The notes under the pieces were generated by a model, which made no database searches, was not told the DNA's origin, and saw nothing but the letters and a program-made list of their open reading frames with translations. Both the position numbers and the translations under genes were made by a program. 61,683 nt of DNA, from the sequence record SRR20825006_861; one strand, given 5' to 3'. Shown in pieces: positions 10,449-20,815 of the stretch; the first letter of the stretch is position 1, and the number at the start of each line of letters is the position of its first letter.

Positions 10449-11615
10449 ATGACTGTTCACACATCGGGAGAAGCCATGGTTCACCAGAAAACAGAACACA
10501 CGACGACATATCTGCAACAAGCGCGCGCGACCGGGAAGCATGGCGTCGAAGAGGCCTGCGCGCTGCTTGATCCCGACAACGAACTTACCCTGGTTTTTCT
10601 GAGCTCGGACTACGAGGCGTCCGCAGCGAGCGCGTACCTTTCAGAATATTTCTCGGGTCGCGTCATCGGTTGCACCACGGCGGGTGTGGTTGGTGCGGAT
10701 GGTTTCGAGCGCCACGGCGTCTCGGCGGTGGGGTTTTCGAGCGGGATGTTCATGTCGAAGACGTGGTGTTTCGACTCGCTCTATGATGTCTCCGAGCGCA
10801 TCGCTGAGATCCAGTCTTACACCGAAGCGCTCTCGAAACAGAACACCCATGGCCTCAACATCTTTGGGGTTTTTCTCATCGATGGCCTCTCGAAGAGGGA
10901 GGAGTGGTTGGTCGCCGAGCTCTTCGCTGTCCTGGGTGATATTCCGATCGTCGGAGGATCTGCTGGAGACGACTTGGAGTTTCAGGCGACGAGGGTCCTG
11001 TTCGATGGCGAACTCCGTACAGGGATCGCGACCTTTACCCTGATTCAGGCGGCATGCCCCATTTCGATCGTCAAGTTCCAGCATCACGAGCCCACAGCGA
11101 AGCGCCTCGTGATCACCTCGGCAGATCCTGACGAGCGCCTTGTTCACGAGATCAACGGGATGAAAGCTGTGGACGCCTACGCTCGACTTGTAGGGCTTGA
11201 TCGAGAATCGCTCGCGCAAAACCCGCAGACGTTCTCCACACATCCCCTCATGTTGCGTGCCGGCGACCGTTATTATCTGCGCTCGATCCAGCAAATCGAG
11301 GAGGATGGGTCACTGCGATTTTTTTGCGCGATCGACCAGGGGCTCGTGCTCCGGTTGGGGACCTCGGGGCACATGCTGGAGGCGTTGCGCGCGGAGCTCG
11401 AGAAGCTCGATGAAAAGGTTGGGGGAGCGGAGCTCATTCTCGTCTTCGATTGCATCCTGCGCAGGATGGAGTTCGAGCAACACGGCATCGACGATGCGGT
11501 GGGCCAGCTGCTCTCGAAGCACCATGTCGTGGGCTTTAGCACATATGGAGAGCAGTGTGACGCGCTGCACGTCAACCAAACCATGGTCGGCGTCGCCTTC
11601 GGGAGGATGCCATGA
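10449..11615 (+). CDS. nosP: FIST N/C domain sensor protein (NosP-like)
   Basis: IGCTTAG, LIDGLSKREE, GGSAGDDL.F..T, YLRSIQ, LRFFCAIDQG, FDCILRR and GFSTYGEQ...HVNQTMVG. Alternative ATG at 10476. Confidence 0.85.
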   Translation: MTVHTSGEAMVHQKTEHTTTYLQQARATGKHGVEEACALLDPDNELTLVFLSSDYEASAASAYLSEYFSGRVIGCTTAGVVGADGFERHGVSAVGFSSGMFMSKTWCFDSLYDVSERIAEIQSYTEALSKQNTHGLNIFGVFLIDGLSKREEWLVAELFAVLGDIPIVGGSAGDDLEFQATRVLFDGELRTGIATFTLIQAACPISIVKFQHHEPTAKRLVITSADPDERLVHEINGMKAVDAYARLVGLDRESLAQNPQTFSTHPLMLRAGDRYYLRSIQQIEEDGSLRFFCAIDQGLVLRLGTSGHMLEALRAELEKLDEKVGGAELILVFDCILRRMEFEQHGIDDAVGQLLSKHHVVGFSTYGEQCDALHVNQTMVGVAFGRMP

Positions 11616-13477
11616 GTCAGTCCTTGAAAGAGGAGGTCGAACAGCTCCGGGCGATGATCGTGGCCCAGGAGCAGACCATCGAGATCCTGAGTGATGAGGT
11701 CGAGAAGCGCCAGGCAGGCGTCGCCGCGTCTGCGTTCTCGATCTGGAGCCAGAACCTCGCGCTGGAGTCGGTGATCGAGAAGAAGACGGAGCGCTTGCGA
11801 GCAGCTCTCGAAGAGGTCGAAAAACTTCATGATTCGTTGCTGCGTTCGAACGCACAACTCGAAGAGTCTGAAGTGTTTTTGCGCTCGGTCGTCGACGCTT
11901 TCCCTGCGCCCATGTGTATCCTCGACTCCTCACGAGAGATTATCCAGACGAACGTGGCGTGGCGCGAGCTCGCGTGGAGCTCGCAAAGCATCTTCCACGG
12001 ACTCTCGACAGGTGACTCTTACGATCGCATCGCGCGGCAGGCTGTTCGTGTCGAGGATGGACCAGGACTCTTCGATGTGATCGAGAGGGCCTGCTCGTCT
12101 GATATGCCAGCCGAGGCCACGAGCAGCGAGACCTCCATTTATCGTTGGGGAGATGGGGATGCGAGCGCATGGTACCAGATTCGTCTGCGTCAGCTCGCCC
12201 ACGGGGCCGGTTGCATCGTCCTCGCGCACGTGGATGTTTCGTCGAGGATGCGCGCCGAGATCGCGCTCCATCAGGAGCATGAGCTCCTGGAGCTCGTGCT
12301 GGAGAACATCCCTCACGCGGTTTACTGGAAGGACGCTCAAGGAAACTACCTCGGCTGCAACAGCGCGTTCGCCGAACATATCGCGCGCCGAGCGGAGCCA
12401 GAGATCATCGGTCGAGCTGATGAAGAACTGTTCGCCGCAGAAGAGAGAGAGCACTTTGCCTGGCTCGAAACGGCCAGCGTGGTGGAGAGCGGCGTGCCCC
12501 AACTCGGAGATCGCGAAAACCACTGGAACGGGGAACACACGCGACAATTCATCACGAGTAAGGTGCCGCTCGTGGGCGCGCTCGGTGAACTCTACGGGGT
12601 GATGGGGATATGCGCTGACATCACAGAGTTCGATGCTCTGGAGCAGCAGCTCTATCAAGCGAGAAAGCTCGAAGCTGTCGGGCAACTCTCGGCTGGCATC
12701 GCACATGAAATCAACACCCCCCTCCAGTACGTCGGCGACAACTTGCACTTCCTCGAGAAGTCGAACGGGCTGCTGCTCGAACTCGCCAACCGCATCGAAG
12801 AGATCTCGAACGAAGAAGAGGGCGAGGTGTCCAGGGAGGAGCTCTCGGCGTTGCTCTCGAAGGCGCGTATCAAGGTGCTCAAGAAGCGCTTGATGCGCGC
12901 GACCAGCAGCGCGCTGGAAGGTGTCGAGGCTGTACACAAAATCGTGCGCGCGATGAAGGGGTTCGCGCACCCTGGTTCACACGAGAAGAAGGCGGCGTGC
13001 TTGAACGAATCGGTGGAGACGACGCTCGCTGTGTCGCGAAACGAGTGGAAATACGTGGCCGAGGTCGAGCTCGACCTCGACCCTGATCTGCCACTCGTCG
13101 AATGCGACATCGCCGAGCTTAACCAGGTCTTCCTCAACCTCGTCGTCAATGCCTGCCACGCCATCGAGAGTTCACGTCAGGGGAGCGATGAAATGGGGCT
13201 TCTCCGTATCGTGACCCGTCAGATCAGTGATGAGCAGGTCGAGCTCCGGTTCCAGGACGATGGCACCGGGATCGAAGAAGCTCACCTCAGCCGTATCTTC
13301 GAGCAGTTCTTCACCACAAAGGAAGTCGGCAAGGGGACGGGGCAGGGGTTGGCCATTTCACACCGCGTGATCGTGAACAGGCACCATGGCGAGCTCTGGT
13401 GTGAATCTGCTCCGGGCAAGGGCGCGACGTTTGTGGTTCGGCTCCCGATAAGAGCACGCGAGGAGGATGCGGCATGA
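11612..13477 (+). CDS. PAS-domain sensor histidine kinase (NahK-like partner of NosP)
   Basis: N-terminal coiled coil, two PAS-like regions, H-box AGIAHEINTPLQY, N-box NLVVNACHAI and G-boxes DDGTGI / FFTTKEVGKGTGQGL; ATGA overlap with the FIST gene. Confidence 0.92.
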   Translation: MSQSLKEEVEQLRAMIVAQEQTIEILSDEVEKRQAGVAASAFSIWSQNLALESVIEKKTERLRAALEEVEKLHDSLLRSNAQLEESEVFLRSVVDAFPAPMCILDSSREIIQTNVAWRELAWSSQSIFHGLSTGDSYDRIARQAVRVEDGPGLFDVIERACSSDMPAEATSSETSIYRWGDGDASAWYQIRLRQLAHGAGCIVLAHVDVSSRMRAEIALHQEHELLELVLENIPHAVYWKDAQGNYLGCNSAFAEHIARRAEPEIIGRADEELFAAEEREHFAWLETASVVESGVPQLGDRENHWNGEHTRQFITSKVPLVGALGELYGVMGICADITEFDALEQQLYQARKLEAVGQLSAGIAHEINTPLQYVGDNLHFLEKSNGLLLELANRIEEISNEEEGEVSREELSALLSKARIKVLKKRLMRATSSALEGVEAVHKIVRAMKGFAHPGSHEKKAACLNESVETTLAVSRNEWKYVAEVELDLDPDLPLVECDIAELNQVFLNLVVNACHAIESSRQGSDEMGLLRIVTRQISDEQVELRFQDDGTGIEEAHLSRIFEQFFTTKEVGKGTGQGLAISHRVIVNRHHGELWCESAPGKGATFVVRLPIRAREEDAA

Positions 13478-14658
13478 GAAGGATACTTCTGGTAGACGAT
13501 GACCCGATGTTACTCGATGGCCTGGAGGGGCTCTTTTTCGACCGGATGGATGAGTGGGAGGTCGAAACGGCGGAGGGTGGGGCGCGGGCCCTCGAGCTGC
13601 TCGAAGAAGCTCCCTTTGACCTGATGATCACGGACATGAGGATGCCGCAAATGAGCGGCGCCGAGCTGCTCTCCAGAGCCCGCGATAGCTATCCGGATAT
13701 GCTCTTCTTCATCCTGTCAGGACATGCACAGGAAGAAGAGCTGCTGCGTGCCATGGCGCTCGCGCACCGATACCTCGCCAAACCTTGCGCTGCCTCGGAA
13801 TTGTTCGACGCGATCGAGAGCGGCTTCCGCCTCCTCGAAACACTCGAGCGGGGGCAATTTCGTTCCCGGCCTGATTTGTTCGCACAAATCGGAAGCGCGT
13901 TCGACGGTGTCCGTGGTCTGTTGACCATGATCGATAACGAACGCACCACGTTCAGGGATGCCGCCAGGGTTATCGGAGAGAATGTGTTCCTCGCGACGAG
14001 GGTGATCCAGGTCGCAAACTCTGCCCTGTATGCAGGCGCGAGGAGTTGTCATCACCTCGAAGCAGCGATCGCGCGGATCGGGTTTCCCGTCCTCAAATCG
14101 ATCCTGATCGAAGTGGAGTTGAGGCAGGCTTTTTGCGAGCTCGATCTGGCGTCGTTCCAGATCATCCAAAACGAGCTCCGCCTCATCGCATCTGTCGCGA
14201 GCCTCCTCTCGAGCCAACAGCAACAGTCTGGCGAGCACTTCCTCAATGGTCTCCTCCAGGGGGTGGGGATGTTCGCCATGGCGCTCGAGGTGGGCGAGGA
14301 CTATGCCGCACAGTGCGAGCGATGCACCCGAGCAGAGCTCGTGAGCTACGAGCGAGATACTTTCGGGGTTTCCCATCATATCATCAGCGCTCATTTGCTC
14401 CAGCTTTGGGGTTTCGAGCCTGACCTCGCTGAAATGATCGAAGGTATCGGGGAGGCTGGTTGGGAGTTGCGGGAACCGACCGATGCCAGATTTATCCAGG
14501 AGCTGGCCATGGCGCTCCTGGATAAAGTCCAGGCTGAAGAGACAGGTGCGCCGTCTGAGTGGGATGAGGATGCGGTCATCGAGCGGGTAGGGCTCGCGCG
14601 GTGGGAACATTGGGTGACCGAGGTGAGCGAGCTCGTAAACCGAGAGGAGATGCTATGA
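13474..14658 (+). CDS. Response regulator with HDOD output domain
   Basis: REC domain (ILLVDDD, ITDMRMP, ILSG, LAKP) followed by HDOD-like RVIQVANSALY...AIARIG...GVSHHIISAHLLQLWGF. Confidence 0.85.
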   Translation: MRRILLVDDDPMLLDGLEGLFFDRMDEWEVETAEGGARALELLEEAPFDLMITDMRMPQMSGAELLSRARDSYPDMLFFILSGHAQEEELLRAMALAHRYLAKPCAASELFDAIESGFRLLETLERGQFRSRPDLFAQIGSAFDGVRGLLTMIDNERTTFRDAARVIGENVFLATRVIQVANSALYAGARSCHHLEAAIARIGFPVLKSILIEVELRQAFCELDLASFQIIQNELRLIASVASLLSSQQQQSGEHFLNGLLQGVGMFAMALEVGEDYAAQCERCTRAELVSYERDTFGVSHHIISAHLLQLWGFEPDLAEMIEGIGEAGWELREPTDARFIQELAMALLDKVQAEETGAPSEWDEDAVIERVGLARWEHWVTEVSELVNREEML

Positions 14659-15782
14659 CGGACGTGTTGCCGTTGGTTCTGTGTGTAGACGATGAGCCAC
14701 GGGTCCTCGATGGACTCGAGACGGTCCTCGAGTGGGACTATGATGTCAAAACAGCTTCTTCTGGTGCCGAGGCGCTCTCGCTGCTTGAGAGCGCTGCGAA
14801 AGATGGCCGCGCTCCTTCTGTGGTCATTTCAGATATGAGGATGCCCGGGTTAAACGGCGCACAATTCCTCTCCAGGGTTCGCCAGGGGTACCCGGACATC
14901 AGCCGCATGCTGTTGACGGGATACGCCGAGCTCGAAGCTGCCATGAGCGCTGTCAATGATGGCGCGATTTATCGGATGCTGCTCAAGCCGTGTCCTCCAG
15001 ATAACTTGCTGGCCGCGGTTGCGCAGGGGGTCGAGCAGTGCGAGCTCATCCGCAGAGAGCGTGCCTTGTTGGAGGAGACGCTGCACGGGGCGGTGGGGGC
15101 TCTCATCGAAACGCTGGCGATCGCATCGCCCCTCGCGTTTAGTCGGGAACGCCCCATCCGAAACTACATGGATCACCTCGTCCAGGAGCTCGGTCTCGAG
15201 GACGCCTGGATGTTCAGGGTCGCCGCTTCCGTCGTTCTGCTTGGCTTGATCAGCGTCCCGGAAGGCACGCTCGAGCGGTATTACTCGAGCGGAGAACTCA
15301 GCGCGGCGGACAGGACGATGCTCGAGAAGAGCTACCGACTCGCACACGATCTCATCGTCCAGATCCCCAGGCTCGAGTCTGTCGCGAAAATGGTCCTCCA
15401 CGCGCATCACCCAGAGGATGCTACCAAATGCGATGAGCGCGTCCGGCTGGGGGCAAAGCTGTTGCGGTTTGTCCTCGATGTCGATCTTCTGGTCGTACGC
15501 GGCGCGACGTTGCAGCGTGCATGTGCCAAGCTTCGCGTTCAATCTCCTGACTGGACCTACATCCTGCACTTCCTCTCGGATGAACAGAGCGCATCATCGA
15601 TCCTGTCCGTGTCGCTGGAGAAGCTCGACGCGAATATGGTGCTCGAGTCAGACGTCAGGAGCGCCAGCGGTCAGCTTCTGGTCAAGAAGGGGCAAATGCT
15701 CACCAAACCGATGATCGATCGTCTGCATAACTTCGACGCCTCGGTCGGTGTCGTGCAGCCCCTATTGGTCCGTCACGCTTGA
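14655..15782 (+). CDS. Response regulator with degenerate HD-GYP-like output domain
   Basis: REC domain (VLCVDDE, ISDMRMP, LLTGY, LLKP); RpfG-like helical domain lacking the HD and GYP motifs; C-terminal MVLESDVRSASGQLLVKKGQMLT. ATGA overlap. Confidence 0.8.
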   Translation: MTDVLPLVLCVDDEPRVLDGLETVLEWDYDVKTASSGAEALSLLESAAKDGRAPSVVISDMRMPGLNGAQFLSRVRQGYPDISRMLLTGYAELEAAMSAVNDGAIYRMLLKPCPPDNLLAAVAQGVEQCELIRRERALLEETLHGAVGALIETLAIASPLAFSRERPIRNYMDHLVQELGLEDAWMFRVAASVVLLGLISVPEGTLERYYSSGELSAADRTMLEKSYRLAHDLIVQIPRLESVAKMVLHAHHPEDATKCDERVRLGAKLLRFVLDVDLLVVRGATLQRACAKLRVQSPDWTYILHFLSDEQSASSILSVSLEKLDANMVLESDVRSASGQLLVKKGQMLTKPMIDRLHNFDASVGVVQPLLVRHA

Positions 15783-15848
15783 CGGCGTCGCGAGGCCATT
15801 TGGAGTGGCTTCTCCAGCGGGAGCTTGATGGAGAAGGTCGCGCTGACA

Positions 15849-18044
15849 TCACCGCGTGTCATAAACCGAGAAGCCACCGTTATTCTCGAGCCTTCCCTCG
15901 ATATTGGCCTCATCGGATTCGCTCGGCGTATCGAAGCCTGTTTCACCGACAAACAGCCGGTCTCCGCTCACAGCCATGTTTGCTCCAAAGTGCGCGTTTC
16001 TGCCTGGGATGGGTGACTTCAACGCGCGCTCCTGACGCCAGGTCCCGTTGACGCTCTTGAAGATGTAAACGGCGCCGCTGTCGTGCAATGTGTTATCGTC
16101 TGGGTTTGTCATGGTCAGCGGCCGCGAGCTGCTCTCGTTATACGATCCCACGAAGATGCGATCTCCAGACAACAGGACGCTGGTGCCAAATTTATCACCA
16201 CCATCAAGGTTGTGGGGCTTGAGGTAGGCAGTTTGGTTCCATGAGACACCGTCGAAGTCGAAAACATAGGCAGCTCCGGCATCGTAAGAACTGTTCGAGA
16301 CCTGATTGCCATCGATGACTTGTGAGGAGCTGTCCTCTCCTGATGCCCCGATGACCAAACGGTCTCCTTCCAGTGAGATGCTTCGCCCAAATCCGCCGTA
16401 TGCGTCCGAGTTCGAGGCTTGAATGCGGTGTTTTGACACCCACACCCCTGACTCCTTTTCATAAATATAGACTGCTCCGTGGTGAGCGTCTTCGCCTGGG
16501 GCTGCTATGGCGAGTCGTCGAGCCTCGATCGACATCTTGTCGCCGAAGAATCCGTTTTGGGTCGGGTTTTCTGGAAGCAGCATGCCAGTCGGCTGCCAGC
16601 TTCCATCGCCACCGCGTTCGAACGTATAAACTGCGCCTGCCTTGTCGTAATCCTGGCTGCCGTTTGGAGGGTTTTCGTTACTTCTCTGGGGAGAACCGAC
16701 GAAAATCGAGTCGCCGTCGATCAAAACATGGTCACCAAAACGTCCTCCGGGGCGTTTGAAGTGTGGTTTGAGCATTGTCTCCAGGTTCCAGGTCCCATCA
16801 GTGCCCCGTTGGAAGACGTAGGCTGCTCCATTGTCTACTGCCGAGTTATCTTGTGAGGTTGGCAACCCCACGCCTTCCTGAGCGCTATCATGCTGTGGGG
16901 CGCCGACAACGATCGTGTCCCCGGAGATCGAGGCAGAGAACCCGAACTGATCATCGGGGCTCGCGTAAACGGGGGTGAGGATCGCTGTTTCCGTCCAGTC
17001 CACGCCGTCGTGCTCGAACACCATGGCGGCGCCGCTATCTCGCGCGCCTGCGAGCGGTATGCTCGATGTGTGAGTGTCTGCGCCGAGCGCTCCGACGACC
17101 AGCGTCGTTCCTTCGATGTCCAGCGAAAGTCCCAGGTGGAGGTTTGGCTGCTCCATGGTGCTGTGGTAATGCCCGAGGAAGACCTCCTCGCAAGGGCGTT
17201 GCCACACGCCCACGCAGGCGTCATCACATGTCGTGTCACCGCCGCTCGCGTCGTCGCCCGCCTCGTTGATCTCGAACTCGCCACATTCCACGCAGAAGTG
17301 TGCCAGGACTGCTCGATCTTCATCGCAAAGGACCGGCTCGCACTCGGTGTCACCGCCATTGGAGGGCGATTCTTGTAAGGTGAATGTCCCTGGCGAGCAC
17401 GAGACGCATCGCCCGGCCAGGACGCGCTCGTTCTGAAGACAATATTCGATAGGTTCGCATCTGGTGTCTGCGCCAGATGCGTCATCTCCCTCGTCGTTGA
17501 CGCCGCCCGGCTCACAGTTCACGCAGCGGTGGTCGACGACCTTGTGATCGCTCGGGCAGTAGAGAGGATCGCACAGCGTGCTCTCGCCGGTGGCATCATC
17601 GAACGGCTCGTTGAGCGTCCCCGCGCGGCACGGGATGCAGGAGTGCATGCTGACGCGCTCGTTGGTGTTGCACAGGATCGCCTCGCACTCGGTGTCTGGA
17701 CCTGCTTCTGGATCTCCTGCCGCGTGCTCGCTCCCATCAGGGCAGGGCACGCACTTCCCTCTTTGAACGCGCTGATTTTCCTCACACGTCGAGACCTCAC
17801 ACTCGGTGTCAGGTCCGTTCGGATCATCACCGGCGAGCCGCTCGGTGCCTTCAGGGCAGGGCACGCACTCGCCGCCCTGAACATGCTCCATCCAGCGGCA
17901 GCTCCGCTTCTCAGGTTCCTCGGTCGTGCCCATGTCTTCCGCTGGAGGAGTGCTCATATCCCGAGCTTCGGGCTCTGGTGGGGAATCACAGGCAAAGGTC
18001 AGGCAGAGGGCGATCGCAAAAGAGAAACGCGAGAGTCGAGTCAT
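15849..18044 (-). CDS. Lipoprotein with six Cys-rich repeats and a seven-bladed FG-GAP beta-propeller
   Basis: Lipobox LTFAC; six ~38-aa C-x10-C-x2-C...GDD.SG.DT.C repeats; seven FG.S..I.GD...VGA / GAAYVF blades. ATG 18044 preferred. Confidence 0.85.
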   Translation of the reverse strand: MTRLSRFSFAIALCLTFACDSPPEPEARDMSTPPAEDMGTTEEPEKRSCRWMEHVQGGECVPCPEGTERLAGDDPNGPDTECEVSTCEENQRVQRGKCVPCPDGSEHAAGDPEAGPDTECEAILCNTNERVSMHSCIPCRAGTLNEPFDDATGESTLCDPLYCPSDHKVVDHRCVNCEPGGVNDEGDDASGADTRCEPIEYCLQNERVLAGRCVSCSPGTFTLQESPSNGGDTECEPVLCDEDRAVLAHFCVECGEFEINEAGDDASGGDTTCDDACVGVWQRPCEEVFLGHYHSTMEQPNLHLGLSLDIEGTTLVVGALGADTHTSSIPLAGARDSGAAMVFEHDGVDWTETAILTPVYASPDDQFGFSASISGDTIVVGAPQHDSAQEGVGLPTSQDNSAVDNGAAYVFQRGTDGTWNLETMLKPHFKRPGGRFGDHVLIDGDSIFVGSPQRSNENPPNGSQDYDKAGAVYTFERGGDGSWQPTGMLLPENPTQNGFFGDKMSIEARRLAIAAPGEDAHHGAVYIYEKESGVWVSKHRIQASNSDAYGGFGRSISLEGDRLVIGASGEDSSSQVIDGNQVSNSSYDAGAAYVFDFDGVSWNQTAYLKPHNLDGGDKFGTSVLLSGDRIFVGSYNESSSRPLTMTNPDDNTLHDSGAVYIFKSVNGTWRQERALKSPIPGRNAHFGANMAVSGDRLFVGETGFDTPSESDEANIEGRLENNGGFSVYDTR

Positions 18045-18208
18045 TTTGAATATGATGTATAGCGCAATGTTTTGGTGAAAAGATATGTCAATGTAAAGAG
18101 GTATCACGGCGCCTTCGGTTTGGGAAGGTGCTATTCGGTGACAATCGCGTGACCGAGAGGTTTTTTGACGTGGGCTTTTGGATGCGTGAGCCCATCACAG
18201 CGATCAAG

Positions 18209-18249
18209 AAACAAAGAGAGCGCGGGCCAGTCTGGCCCGCGCTCTTTTG
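18209..18249 (-). terminator. Intrinsic terminator downstream of icd
   Basis: Stem agagcgcgggccag/ctggcccgcgctct flanked by A- and T-tracts, about 25 nt after the icd stop. Confidence 0.75.
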
Positions 18250-18271
18250 CTTACCGTCGTATCGATCGCGT

Positions 18272-20509
<2,238 letters not shown>

Positions 20510-20815
20510 TTACTCGTTAGCGGTGTTGGACTTGGACAAAGAAGGGCGAGGTCAATGGGTCACCTGCCAATGATTGCGAACGGCCAACGTCATAGCCTTT
20601 TCCGAGGCCTTGTCGCAAGTGGCGGTGATGTGTCTCGAGCTTCCATCTCGGTATTCGCGCCGCAAACCTATATCCGCATTGGCCAGCGTCAACCTCTCGG
20701 TGGCATTCTGTGCTGATTTCCAAACGTTCCCGAAGTGTTGACACGCGCGCTCCGCTCGTGTCAGTTAAAGAGTCTGAAAGACCTGATAAAAAATAGAACT
20801 CCCTCGAGGCCGCCT

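Noticed and set aside
10449..18107. Possible genomic island integrated at the 3' end of icd
   Set aside because: Codon usage looks slightly more AT-rich by eye, but I found no integrase, att-like duplication or transposase.
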